Positions 42,341 to 57,200 of a DNA stretch of 64,000 bases are shown one piece after another (within the stretch, counting starts at the first letter, position 1; each line of letters opens with the position of its first letter). The notes under the pieces are model-generated. The model had not been told where the DNA came from and ran no database searches. It saw only the letters and a list, made by a program, of their open reading frames with translations. The DNA is from the human T2T-CHM13v2.0 reference genome, Homo sapiens, in the NCBI RefSeq assembly GCF_009914755.1, contig NC_060929.1; one strand, written 5' to 3'. Position numbers and translations under genes: made by a program.

Positions 42341-45300
42341 TATGAGACAGACCTAGAGAATAGATTTTTAGAGCTATATTAGCCCTTGGATGACACTAAG
42401 GACTCATCTTTGATGGTCAGTGGGACTTGGATAGTGCCAGACATATTCTAACAGTAAAATTGTTAAACTATTCTTTGATGGTAAATTTTCATGGGATGCA
42501 AGTGAAAAGAAATTCATTTGTTGGCACAATATGTCTAGTATTCGGTAAATATAAGAGAAATTGAACTTAGAATCAATGGAGTTGGGTAACTCTTGCTGAC
42601 TACCACTTATTCATTGAAGAGAGAAAATGACAGGGTGTGGGTGATAAATCAACATTTCAAGAGCAACTGAAAACAGAGAGTCTTTTGGGTAGTATTTAAG
42701 GAAACCTTAATTTCTTGCAGCTGGAGGGCATACAAAATGGAGAACTTGTCTCAAAATTTAATAATAAAAGAGCAGAGCTTCAGGGTAGGTTGAGCTCTCA
42801 GCTCTGGCATTTTTCTTACACCAAATTCAAGAGTCTAACAGGGAGGCAGTGGAACCACGGAGCTTGAAAAGGAGACATTTGGGTAGATGCAGCTGAGAGG
42901 CTTGTTCTCCTAGATTCCACTGAACTAACGAGGCTTGCAGAAGTGATACATACAGCCTGGTAAATGATGGTGCTTCTTTTCTTGCACAGCTGGGACTAGG
43001 GGGGAAGTAAGTAAGGTGTTTAGTAAACAACATTAAGGAGGCACTCTCTCTCAAGGTTGTGCAAGTACAGGGGTTGTTAGGGTGCCAAGCTTCACTAGGC
43101 ACCTTGCTGTTCTCACCCTAGTCCTGACATTGATGTCTTGCTTGAAGATCACGGAACATACTCAAATTTGGCAGGTACCTTTCAAGGTTAAGCTCACACC
43201 GCTCAGGATCTACCTTATCTCCCTTGCAGGCAACCAGATCAATAACAGGGATCAAATCTCAGGAATGTATAGATGAGGAGATGGGAGACATTCTAAGAGA
43301 AAAGAAATATACATTGAAGAAGCTTCAGAATATGTCCACTATGTGCTAGCAAAAGCTGGGAGAGCATAAATGGGAAGAAACTTGGAGGTGTTGATGGAGA
43401 GAAGCAGAATATTAATATAAATAAGGGAGAATGCATAGAAAGAGGCATACTTCTGTGATGCAAGATTTAATACCCTGACAAGGACCCCTGATGATGTTAC
43501 TAATATGCTGCTGGAATGGCCCTTCAAAGTGTGGCAAAAGCAATGGCTCATGCTATGTAAAATAGAAAAGCCAGATGGTAAGGACATGCTTAAAAATGGG
43601 CATTCCAGGGTGCATATCCCATGGAAGTCTAGAGCACTCATGAGCTGAACTGATTGTTTTATGAGAGGATCCAGAAGACCATTCATTTATCCATAATTTA
43701 TACAATGAAAATCAGAAGTCCTGAGCCCATGTACAGCTTTAAATAAGTTCTCAGACTCAGAAGCCACTTACTGAAGGAAAGGCTGAAACTCTATGAGAAA
43801 GGACTTTGCAGCATCATAGTAAATGCACTAACTATTAATTCTTCCATGTTCCCAAGGGATCTGTTGTCTTTTAGTCATATAATTATGCATGGTAGAAAGG
43901 GAATATACAAACCTTTCAATGATTGCTGAACTCTGGTTCCAAATTAATATGCACTATGAGCTATTTTACTCTCCTGGCTTATATTGTAATGTAGTTTAAA
44001 ATGACCTGGGCCTTCTGGGTATTCTGCAGAAAACACATTATTTCACTCAATTACTGCCATCATGCAAGTTACAACAGTTGAGCAATACGTGATGAGTATA
44101 TAAAAAGCCTTGGAAAACATATCTGTGGAGGTGAGAGATAAGCCCTACCGAGGTTCAGGGCCTGCCACACAAGTTAAGTACTTTTGGATTCATCCGGATG
44201 AGGTCTGCTGGGACACCCTCTCCTAATAAAAGACACCTTATTGCATTGCACTCCTCCTGCCACCATGAAGCCTTATGCTTGGTAATCACACCCTAGTTCA
44301 GGAGGTGGCATATAGTGCACAACTCCAACCCATTTACTTGGTGACATGGAGTTCTGCCAGTTTGATATTGGACCCAGATAGGGAAATAATTCTGCAGCAA
44401 GTCCCAGCTGTGGAACAATAAGAACTGCTGCTTGGGTTATAAAATCAGGTAGACACTCTGGTTCTGGACCTGCCCATGGTGAAAAAAGATGCTGTGTTGA
44501 TTTTATAGCCAGTACCAATAGGAGAATTACAACATAGAACTTAGAGTTATTAGACAAGGCCATTTCATCAGTAAGTCTACACCTTTTGAAAACCAGTTGT
44601 TGGTATGCTTCTGGGTCCTAGTAGAGATGGGGTATTTGACTATGGTTTATCAAGTGACTATGTGACCAAAGATGGATTCTGTAAGACCCACTAAGATCTC
44701 AAGATAGGTAGCCTTAGTAGCAAATCATCACAAGTGGAAGAGGCATATCAAGAATCAGACATGAGCACACCCAGAAGGCATAAGTAAGTTACCAAACAGT
44801 GACCCAGACCTCCATCTGGTAATCAGCCCTGTATTGGACTCTCACTTAGCTCTATCTTATGGTTGCATGGGGTTTACCTCATGAGTGATAGATGAATAGA
44901 GGAAAAGGCTGAGTTTGGTTTGTTAATGGTGGGCTCAGTACGTTAGTGTGATCTGAAAGTAGACAGCTAATACTATAACACTACTAAGGGGTGAGCCTGT
45001 AAGACAAAGCTCTGGGAAGTATACCTTTTCTTTAATTTTATGGGGAAAGAAAAATGGCCAAAATATAAATACCCATTGGCTTATGGACAGTATAAAATGT
45101 CTTACCTGGTTGATCAAAAGACTGAAAGAGGAAAAAGTAGAGGATCAGGGACAAGGAGTTCTGAGCAGGAGGGATGAGACAAGCCCAATGGAGTGAGCAT
45201 AAAAGTGTGAAAATCTTGGTACTGTTTGTTAGTCTCAAATGTCTTATCTGGCTGATCAGAAGACTGAAAGAAGAAAAATTAGAAGACTGAAAACAAGAAA

Positions 45301-46540
45301 TTCTGAGCAAGAGGCATGAAATGAAGCTATTGGAATGAGCATAAAATGTGAAAATCTTTGTATGGTTTGTTAGCATCCACTGAAAGCAACCACCAAAAAA
45401 AAAAAAAAAGAGGTCTTAAACAACCAAGTAGACAGAATAATGGGCAACTGACATCAACTAGCCTCTGCCATTACCTATCCCATTTTTGATACAATGAATA
45501 TACCAAAGACCAATACACCAATGTCAGTGATAGAAACTGAACATAGACCCATCCATTAAACATAGACCTATTAGCATGAGCTCCCACTCATGAGCTCCTC
45601 ATGCTCCCATCAGCATGAGGATAATTAGCTATTGCCACTGCTCTTTGACCAATCTGCTATCCAAAGAGACTAACACCAAGTCTCTGATTTTAGCACTATT
45701 TATTGAGATGACTAACAAGACAGTTAGAAAATTGGTTAATTTGAGCTTTTCTTAAGGGATAGTGATTTTTGGTTTCTAGACATGAGATTCTACATATAAT
45801 TTCTCAGGAATAAGAAACCCATTTTACTGCAAAGGAGATGAGGCAGGGGGAACATGATTGTGGAATCCATTGTTCTTATCATATTTAACACCATCTGGAA
45901 TATGTTAGCTGGATAGGGCAATAACACCACATGTAATTTATTTGAGATGATGCTGTGAGACGGAAAGGTGACATCATGCTCTGGGACATTCTATGTGTGG
46001 TAAATTTGTGTCCTTTATATGGTACTGAGTCTTCACTATGCAGAAGGCGTGGCATGGATCCCAGGAATAAGAGTGGATGTAGGAGTATCTCTGCTCGCCA
46101 TCTCTCCTGCTTGGAGTTTTTGTTCTTGCAGTCCCCAGAATTTTAGGTTCTGTGGTTTAGAGATTCTGGTTCCCAAAGAAGGAATGCTTCTGTCAAGGAG
46201 ACTGAGAGTAGCATTGAACTATAAGCTATGGTTGTCACCAAGTCACTTCGGGCTCCTTGTCGCAAAAGACTAACAAGCCAAAAAAAAAAAAAAGGTACTC
46301 CATAGTAGCAGAGTTAAAAGACCCTGCTTATATAGAGGAAGGGAAGCCGATGTTATATAATAGGGGCCAAAAACATAAGTTTTTATGCTCTGGTTCCATA
46401 TTAGGATGTTCCTGCTTCTCCAATATCTAGTTTTAATGGTAATTGGACAAGTACAGCAGCTGCTTCCTTAGAAAGGGTTATAAATCAAGAGCTTAGAAAC
46501 CTCATTAATGAGAGATTTTAACATCTCATGACTGTCGTGG
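42341..46540 (+). mobile_element. Decayed ERVL internal region (ERV3-16A3/HERV16-like gag-pol), no 3' LTR seen
   Basis: Stop- and frameshift-ridden pol motifs: RT G*EISPTEVQGPATQVKYF (about 44130-44190, cf. ERVL GWEINPTKIQGP); RNase H region cf. WFTDGS and WKIGDKEVWG (44905-45375); ggttctgtggtttagagattctggttcccaaagaaggaatgc near 46150. Confidence 0.75.
45095..45376. repeat. Old tandem duplication (2 x ~142 bp, ~80% identical) in the ERVL RNase H region
   Basis: aaatgtcttacctggttgatcaaaagactgaaag...gtttgttag at 45095 and aaatgtcttatctggctgatcagaagactgaaag...gtttgttag at 45237. Confidence 0.9.
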
Positions 46541-46594
46541 ATTATTACATAAGTTTATTATGCCAATTTATATTTATTACATTGATGGACTAAA

Positions 46595-46722
46595 GCAGAA
46601 GGTGGGAAACTCTTTCAATGAAAGAGCAGATAGTAAATATTGTCAACTTTATGGGTCATATTTCTCAACTCTGTCGTGGAGTGCAAAAGCAGCAGTGCAC
46701 AAAGTGCAGATAAATGGGCATA
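46595..46722 (+). mobile_element. MER58A fragment
   Basis: cagatagtaaatattg...ctcaactctgtcgt...gcaaaagcagc...aaatgggcat. Confidence 0.7.
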
Positions 46723-46914
46723 GAAGGACTTTTCCCAAGGGCTCTAACATTTGGGCTCTATATATAGATTTACTGTAATACTTCAGAGTTAATCACACAG
46801 ACAATACCATGGAATTCTCAAGAATAAATCCAATGAATCCCTTTTTAAATTTATATTGTCTTTCAAACTGTTGTTGCCAAAATGAGTTCTTTATATATAA
46901 ATTCAAATTGGTAA

Positions 46915-48040
46915 CTGCATTCGTTTAACAAGCATTTATTAAATACTAAGTATTTGTTATATTCTGTGATAGTGCAAATTCCATAAGTGATTCTCAAGGA
47001 TGATTCTAGATAACCCTCATGGAGCTTACACTACAGTGAGGGAGACAGCCATACATTTGTTAATTACATGAATTAAATGTTCAGTTACAGACTGTGATAC
47101 AATCTCTGAAGAAAACTGTTAGTTTTCTATGGGACCATCTAACAAACGATAAACCTGATTTAGACTTTATATTTGGAAAGACTTCCTTTAATAAAATTCA
47201 TCTAGAATAGAATAATGAAGCAATGAGGCCAAAGGGAGGGGCATACTACATACAGAAGGAGGAGGATAGGTAAAGGCTCTATAAATAAAGGGAGAATGAT
47301 AGTTTTGAGACAATAATGGATGGCTTGTCTGGATCAAGTAAAAAGAACTGGAGATGGAATGGGTAGCATTGCATCATAAGATGAAACTCAAAATTTAAGT
47401 AAATAGGACAAACTCTAAGGTATTAAGGAAGTAAAATTAATAAAACATGTTGTCTTAAATCAAAATTCAAATAGGAATTTTGATTAGAATAAGGGCTCTG
47501 AAGAGAAGCCTGGGCTGGGTATATAAATTTGGAAGTCTTTGTTGCACAGTGAGCACTTGAAGCCATAGGGTGAATGAATGAGAATTGAATGGGACCTTCA
47601 TTCCAGCCTTGTGGAAATCTAATATTTAGTGTCTTTAATTAAATATTAAATATTAGCAGGGGATAAAAATTAGCTTGAAAAAGAGACTCAGAAGCTGAAA
47701 CCAGAGATGTAGGTGGATAACTTGGAGGTTGGGGTCATGAAGCTAAGGGAAGGAAGAGTTTTATAAAGAAGGAAGTAATTAAGAATGTCACGTGTTTTTG
47801 AGAGTTCAAGTAAGATGGGAATAAAAAGTGTCCATTGTGTGTAGTGATTTTAGTAGTGACTACATCAATTCTTTTAGTGGCAAAATGGAAGAGATGATGA
47901 GTTGAATTGTATGAATTGACGTCAATGTGACATGAAATGGAGAGAATGAGAATAGTCCACTCTTAAGATATTCAGCTGTAAAAGAGAGGAAACAAATGAA
48001 CCTGCACGTGGAAGGGCTATGTCAAATAGAAAGAGCACCA
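46915..48040 (-). mobile_element. L2 relic
   Basis: cattcgtttaacaagcatttatt, ccctcatggagcttacactacagtgagggagacag, gggctgggtatataaatttggaagtc, gagagttcaagtaagatggg. Confidence 0.7.
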
Positions 48041-48111
48041 TTTATTTGTTTTGTTTCTTTGCCAAGTTTGTTTTGTTTTTTCAATGAACTGGTTTTAAGA
48101 TTGCAAAACTT

Positions 48112-48420
<309 letters not shown>

Positions 48421-48444
48421 AAGATTGCAAAACTCCAGTTTATG

Positions 48445-49860
48445 GGGACTTCCGGTTTCAGCTTGGGAAGTAGAAAGTTGAAAAGACCATTACTTCCACC
48501 TCCCACCTTCACGAAACAACAATGGGAACAATTTAGACAGCCAGTAGAACTACAAGTTTGTTTTTAATTTTTAAAACATTGATTAATTTTTAATTGACAA
48601 TTAAAGTGTATATATCGATGGAGTACAATTTAATGTTTTGACCTATGTATTCATTGTGGAATGATGAAATTGAGTTAATCACAACTTTTCTTGAATACAT
48701 GAGAGAACTGAGGTTGCAAAATCCAAGAAAAGGCAGTCGCCTTCAAGGTTGATGAATTTGAGCATTTGCTTACATGGGGCAGATACTCCCAGACACTCGT
48801 AAGAATTTAAAAAGCTTAATGAATCACAGAGTTGAGTATGAGCTAGAATCCCATGTGGCCCTAGTATTATATCCTACTTATAGGATTTTCTTCATGGACC
48901 TCATCCAGTGCTCACAAATAAGTTTACGGGCAGGGTGAGAGTCTTGCAAAAGAATCACTACCCTTGAAGAAAAGAACTGTAGGGAAGTCCAGTAAATGTG
49001 TGAAAGGCATGAAGCCCTGCTTCAATCCTTCTCCTCACTTTCCTGCAAAATAGAGACTTAAAACAATTTGGGAAGGAAAACAGAACCCGGTGCTTTTAAA
49101 GCACAGGTGAAACTTAACTGCATTTCGGAAAATAGAACAGAAAAGCAAAACAATCTTACCACTGGGGAGCAGCAGTCAAAGAGGCTGGGACCAGAGCTAC
49201 ATCCAGTTATAAGATAGAGTAACCTACTCATGTAATCCAGGGCTCAGTGCCTATGATTAAACAGAACAACAGTGAACACGTTTTTCCTTCTCCCCTAACC
49301 TAGCCAAGACGTTGACAAACATCAAGCAATAAATAGTACCAAAATACATGTAATTGGAAATCAAGAAAGAGGAATGAGGAAAAAGTACTTGAAGAAATAG
49401 CAGCTTTTCCAAAATTGTATACCAAAAAAATCCTTAGAATACATATGTAAATACTGAAGCAGAAAAGTGACTTTAGCAAGATGGCCAGTTACAAGATTAA
49501 TATTCAAAGCCAATTATATTTCTATATGCTAACAATAAATAATTAGCCACTGAAATAAAATGAAAACAGGACAATGATCAATAGCACTAATGAAATAGAT
49601 ACACATCTTACAAAATATGTATAAGATTTGTATATATGCTAACTAAAAAATACTGATGAGATAAATCAAAGAAGGTGTAATAAATGGAGAGGTACCTTTT
49701 TACATATTGAAAGGCTCAATATTGTTAAAATATCAACTTTTCCAAAATGGAAATGATCTGCAGATCCAACATAACTGCAATTGAAGCCACAAAGAATTTC
49801 TTGTATAATACGATAGAATGATTCTAAAATGTATATGGAAAAATAAAACAAAAAGGGAAA
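48445..49860 (+). mobile_element. Old L1M 5' UTR/ORF1/ORF2 fragments with a short antisense L1MA 3' end at ~48560-48680
   Basis: gggacttccggtttcagc (L1M-type 5' start), atacatgtaattggaa...ttgaagaaatag (ORF1), gactttagcaagatggccagttacaagattaatattc (ORF2). Nested tttttaattgacaattaaagtgtatatat. Confidence 0.6.
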
Positions 49861-50026
49861 AACAATTTATAACTGATGTTGAATACAAGGAAGACACACT
49901 TGATATTTACAAGTGAACATTTTTTGAGAATACAGAAGGAGCAATTGCATAGTGCTCCATAATTTAATAAACATTCACATATTTTACCTTTTTAAGGACA
50001 GTTTGTAAAATATGTTTTATATATGA

Positions 50027-50346
50027 TGTCTTAGTCCATTTGGGTTGCTATAACAAAATATCTTAGACTGAGTAATTTACAAACAACAGAAATTCATTGC
50101 TCATTATTCTGGACCTGGGAAGTTCAATATCAAGGAGTCAGCAGATTTGATGTCTTGTGAGGACTCATTCTCTGCCTCAAAGACAGAAACTTCTGTGTGT
50201 CGTCACATAATGGAAGGGGCAAACAGTCTCCCTCAAGCCTCCTTTATAAGGGCAATAGTCTCATTCATGAGGGTGGAACCTCTAACCTCATGTATTAGGT
50301 TCGAACATACAAATTTTAGGGGAACACCAACATTCAGATCATAGCA
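50027..50346 (-). mobile_element. MLT1A-like MaLR solo LTR
   Basis: tgtcttagtccatttgggttgctataacaaaata ... acattcagatcatagca. TSD tatga/gatga. Confidence 0.85.
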
Positions 50347-52214
50347 GATGAATATAGTGAAGCCAAGAGAACTATATTGGTAGGAGGCAAACAAGTGAGT
50401 AGTACTGACAGCTAACAAGAAATTCTGATATCAGAATGTTTCACTATACCCCTTCAAAGCTCTCCACTCTATCAAAGTGACCCTCTGAGTTTGCAGTATC
50501 ATTTATAAAACTGTGTTTGTAACTGTGCAATGAGACTAAGGGTATGGATTAAAAATATATCAGATGTTTGTAAAATTTTATAAAATAATTTTTTCAAACA
50601 GTTGATTTGGTTATATCATTTAAAAATATATTGTTACTTTTTTCTCTGATTGTATTGATTTATCATCTTTTCCAGTTGATGCTTGTTTACATGATAAAAC
50701 ATTTTAAACAGTATATTGACTAAAAGTGTTTAAAATCTCAGAGCTGGAGGCAGACTATCAGAACTGATTTCCAGGAAGAGATAAGAATGTATCATTATAG
50801 TTTTTAGTGACAATTTAGGAGGGAAGAGTTCACTGAGATGAGAGAAGAGTCTCCCAAATCTTCCAGGGATTGAAATAAAGTAGTTTGTTTTCAGGTTTTT
50901 CAATCTATAATGTGGAAATTCAGACTCTAGCTCAAGAAAAAAAAATAGTACTGTAGTTTATATATACAAAAAAACAGGAACACTACGTTTCAAAATAAAC
51001 TGATGTTTTAAAAATTACTTGGGGTGAAAAAAGACTATGAGGAAACAAAACATTTTATAAATTTCAAAAGTTGACAACCACACCAGTACTTTGACATGAT
51101 GGATGACAGAGAGGAAGTCCTTTTTAACTTCTGTTGTTCTTCCTCTTCTATTTGAAGGAAAGGTATTTTCATATTATAAAAGGGAGCATGAATACTGTTT
51201 GCTCTGAATCAAGGCCTGCAAGCCTTGATGAGATTATGAGAAACGAGTTTGTTCTGAGAACCAAGATTAACTATTTCCTTAGTGAGAGGAACTGAAAATA
51301 TGAATACTAACCATTATAACTGCTCTTCAAAGATTTTTGTACATTAGGGGACACTTGCAAATGGAAAAATATATATGAGATTTCTGTCTGAGATTATTTC
51401 TACTTTAGAAATAGACTAGAGAGGGCAAAAATTATTTCTCTAAGCACTCTCCTGAGAAAATAAGCAAAATCTTAAACTTGTCTACAATTATTACCTGAAA
51501 AATGTGCTGTGTTCAAGGTTACCAGAGTCAATTTTACCAAAACAGAGAGGAAGGTTCAATTCTGTTGCAGCACCTTCAGGCGGTGGGTCACTGAAACATA
51601 AATGCCTACTTCTGATAACACAATTCGAAAGGCTGAGTCCTTGCCACAGATTAGGGTGTTTGAATGTACATGTTTGTTATTCAGATGATGATTTAAGGCA
51701 GCATGACCATGACTTTCTTTGAAAGAGTAAACAAGGCAAGGTCTGAGAGAAGTCATTATGTGTCATCTAATATCAAGTACACACAATGTGGCTAACCATC
51801 TTGCTTCAGAATCTCAGGAAAAAAATGATTGGAGGGTGGCTTTTGGGTCCACTGCTTGCTTTTTCTTTTATCCCAATAAAGAACTTTGCTTAAGAGGTTA
51901 AGACTTCAAATCTGATATCCTATGTGTCTTATTACGAGTAGAGAGTTTGGAAAAATGAGACTTCTTTTTGCTACTGGAATTGGGTTCACAGCTGATTTCC
52001 TTGGCTTGTCTGCTAGTCCACAATCTCCCTCAAAAGGGCTTGCATTGCCTACTAAGCTTTTATATTATCTGGATTCAAGTCTGAATTACCTCTCTTATTC
52101 CTCTGAATCAGAGTATTCCCTAATTCTAATTTTCAAAATGAACGAGAAGGCATATTGCAGTAATATGAGATAAACCAGTTTTTTACGTGTTGGAATAAAT
52201 GTACTGCAGGAAAT

Positions 52215-52330
52215 ATTTACTTCAATGAACAGTAGGCAAGCACCTACCTTGTACAAGACTCTCTTTTAAGTATATGGGGATACAGCATTGAACAAAACAC
52301 AAAAAGCCTCATACAGCTTGAATTATAAGC
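52215..52330 (-). mobile_element. L2 3' end fragment
   Basis: agcacctaccttgtacaagactct...ggggatacagcattgaacaaaacac. Confidence 0.6.
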
Positions 52331-53844
52331 ATTCGTGAAGAAATGTTTTATGGGAGTAAAATGAGAAGATGTTATTAGTTGCTAGGAACCCAACTTTTAT
52401 TTCATTAGGCCAAAGACCTAATGCGATGTCATAGGTTAGGTACAAGCAAGTGATTTGACAAGGTTTCTTACACTTATATATAATCCGGATAAATAAAGAA
52501 TAAAATGCTGTGTCATTGCAATAATACTCAATACCTGTAATTCAAGAGAATAATTTCTGGATAGCAACTGTAGAGAGATCTGTCGTGCCATTTTGAAGAC
52601 CTTGTTCAGTCAACATGGTACACTACTTACAATTTATGGTACTATATGATGGAAAAGATCATAAAAGTACAGTGGAATAAAAACATAAAGGTAGATTAAA
52701 ATGAATATACAGAAATTACATAGAGAAAAAAAAGATCCAAAATATGCTCTGTGAATATAAGAACCTTTTTAGAAGGGCTTCAATGTCCCCATGTCACTGT
52801 CCTGATAGCTCCCTTTCAGCTGTCCTATATTGTTACAACTCTCATTTTCTTACTGTTTACTGAATGTGAGCAAAGCACAAACAAATTGAGAAACTATCTT
52901 TGGATCCTGGAACATCTAGGTTGAAATTCTGGCCCTTATTATCTGAAGCATAGTGGATGCCATAAATGGTAGGGTTTATTATAATTTTACAGCTGTTATT
53001 ATTATTAACTGTAGTGCTTTTTTCTTCCCTTCACCTTTAATTTAGGATCTGAAATAACCTACTTTTATATCTCTTGTACCTTTCAGTGCCAGAAAAATTC
53101 TACGCTTTCAATAAAAGTTTGCTGACTGAATAAATGTAAGAGAGTGAGTTGCTCCTATTTATAGATGGTATAAAGCTTAGACAAGAGTAGAGATTGGATT
53201 AAAAAAAAGGTAATAAAATGTTACCTATTAGGAAGGATCTAATGGGGTAAACTATTACAAGAATAAGTTGAAGAAAAACCATGAGCATTCAAAAATAAAT
53301 AGAATCAATATAGGAGAGAGTGCTTGAGAACAACTTGCACAAATGAAATACATTGCTACTAAGGTTATGCTGAGTCATTTTAGTCACACTCAGTTGTGTT
53401 AAGAGATATAGTGGGAAGTGGGGAAATGGGTTAAGTTCTTAAAAATATAAAATATGAAACTATTCTTGGGCTAAATTCAGGGTTTTGAGAAATATTGTTT
53501 GCCAATGACTACATCAAAGTCAGGCATGAATTATTAGACACAGATGTGAATCAAGAAAAGAACCAGCTGCTCTTGGGTCTGCCTGGCCCAGTCAAGCCTG
53601 TGGCAGTGTGACATTTTTCTTTTGTTGGAATTGTATGAAAGGAACCCTGGAAGGCAAATAATCCTAATATTTGTAGATGATTTCTACTAATGGAATTTCT
53701 GTCCCTGATTAACAAAATAGGCTATACATGGAGGCAGCATTTGTGAAGTTTTTGAGACTAAAGGTTACATCCAAATGTTTTTCTGTGTATTTGATTGCAT
53801 CACTTATGGAAGTTTTTGCTTAAAAAAAAAAATGAGTATTTTTC

Positions 53845-54070
53845 ACAGACCTGATCTAAAATTCTGACTGTAAAACATTCTATGTGTGCTTCTGTGCAAC
53901 TTAAACTCCATGGGCATCAATCCTCTTATACATAAAATAGGGGTAATAAAAACTAGGATTATTGCAAAGATTAACTGAGATAGCGGATTGTTATGAAGAT
54001 AAAGTCAGGTAATGGAGCCAAAACACTTAGCTCTGTATCTGGCACAAAGGAAGTTCAAAGTGTTATCTTT
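53845..54070 (+). mobile_element. MIR
   Basis: aacttaaactccatgggcatcaatcctc...taaaataggggtaata...aaaacacttagctctgtatctggcaca. Confidence 0.65.
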
Positions 54071-54159
54071 GTGCTAGTAGGGTTCTCCTCCCATATACTA
54101 GGGAAGCGATTTACTCATAAATGCAAATTATTTGACAGGTGTCTTACACTAGGAGTATA

Positions 54160-55285
<1,126 letters not shown>

Positions 55286-55679
55286 GTGAGTAACACAGAC
55301 CAGCTCCTACCATCATATTGACTATATTATAGTGAAGGGAGGTATACAATGCATAAAAAGATGAATACAGGTAGTGATAAGTGCTGTGAGAATTAAATAA
55401 AGTATCTATCTTGATAGATAATGGTTTGATTTTGGGCTGGATGCTCCTCAATATCATGGTTAAAGAAGGCTTCTCTGATGTACTAAAGTTGAACCAAGAT
55501 TGACTGTTTCTCAGAAAAGAAGCTTACATCCACACATTTTCCTCAAAACTAAATATCCAACATGAGTTTGAGCAAATCTGACTTAAAGAGAACATTTTCT
55601 AACTGGTTGTACAGTTCTTTTTGTAAACTACTCACTTCCAGTTCCTGAAAGATGAAGAGCAAGTTTTTAAAAATATTAA

Positions 55680-57200
55680 TTGAATCATATCACTTTCCTG
55701 CTTTAAAAATTTTTAACAGCTTTATTTAGATGTATTCGAAATAAAAAAAACCCCTGCATATACTTAATGTATAAAAGTTGATGGGTTTGAACATATATAT
55801 CCACCTGTGAAGCCATCACTCATGATCAAGACAATAAGCATATCCATCACCTCTAAATGTTTCCTTGTCTCCCTTAACTATTTTTTAAACCTTTAACGAC
55901 TTCTCGTTTCATTTAGAATGCAATACATATTCTAACAGGTCTTCAAGGTTCTTTGCAATCTGGCCCTTTCTTCCTTCCCAACTTAATCTCAGGCTCAAAT
56001 TCCTTCTGCTCCACTAAAATGCCATCCTCACTAAGTTCACACCTGGACCCTTTTTCCTTCAGATACATTAAACTCTTCAAGACTTCAGGGCCTTGCCCTT
56101 GCCATTCTATCTGTCAAAAGCATCTCTCCAGCATTCTTTTAAATCACTGAGTTATTTAGCATTAGGAAAAGATTTTTGTAAAATAGCAGTGATAAAGTTA
56201 ATTCTCTTCCATCTGTTGTCAAATATCCCCATGGCTCTCTCCTTCTCTTAGTTCAGATCTTTAATCAAAAGTCCCTTTCACTGAGGCTTTCCTTGACCAC
56301 TCTCTGATGTGCTTCTTCCTTGCTTTTCTGCCCTTTAGGACTTGGTGATCATTTTACTTGCTATATTGGTAATTGCTTGTACTCCTAAGCAAAATAGAAT
56401 TTTCTTACTATATTTTAAGGATATAGTATAGTTTTACTGTGTTATAAGGATATAATATAGTCTTACTATATGATAAGTATAGTAAGTCTTACTATAAGTT
56501 CTTACTATATTTAAGTAAGTATATTATTACTATATTACAGTCCTTACTATATTATAGGGATATAATATAGTCCTTACTATATTGTAGGGATATAATATAG
56601 TCCTTACTATATTACAGGGATATAATATAGTCCTTACTATATTACAGGGATATAATATAGTCCTTACTATAGTACAGGGATATAATATAGTCCTTACTAT
56701 ATTACAGGGATATAATATAGTCCTTACTATAGTACAGGGATATAATATAGTCCTTACTATATTACAGGGATATAATATAGTCCTTACTATATTACAGGGA
56801 TATAATATAGTCCTTACTATATTACAGGGATATAATATAGTCCTTACTATATTACAGGGATATAATATAGTCCTTACTATATTACAGGGATATAATATAG
56901 TCCTTACTATATTACAGGGATATAATATAGTCCTTACTATATTACAGGGATATAATATAGTCCTTACTATATTATAGGGATATAATGTCATCCTTACTAT
57001 ATTATAAATATATAATATACTCTTATAGTAAGTCTTATTATAAGTTTTTACTACAAGTAAATATATTATTACTATATTACAGTTCTTAGTATACTGTAAG
57101 CATAAAACACAAATCTTGTTCCTTTTGCTCACTGCTCTATCCAGACACTGACTAGACAATGCTTGGCCCATAATGACATTTGATAAATACCTGATGATTG
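55680..57200 (+). mobile_element. L2 3' region interrupted by a short antisense L1M end (~55705-55875) and the minisatellite
   Basis: atcatatcactttcctgctt, ggtcttcaaggttctttgcaatctggccc, cttcagggccttgcc, gaggctttccttgaccact. L2 tail resumes tgtaagc...tcactgctctatcc...tgataaatacctgatgattg. Confidence 0.7.
56541..57020. repeat. 30-bp minisatellite (VNTR): 15 units plus 1 degenerate, with related degenerate flanks 56401-57090
   Basis: Unit tccttactatattacagggatataatatag starts at 56541+30k. Variants attat (units 1, 15), attgt (unit 2), agtac (units 5, 7). Confidence 0.97.

Noticed and set aside
42341-46540. Domesticated ERV gag/pol/env gene
   Set aside because: No long + strand ORF. The RT YIDD motif is destroyed and there are many stops and deletions.
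51560-51595. CTCF-like motif tgcagcaccttcaggcggtgg
   Set aside because: Several mismatches at core positions and no other support.
56541-57020. CRISPR-like array
   Set aside because: Head-to-tail repeats with no unique spacers and no cas genes, in primate DNA.
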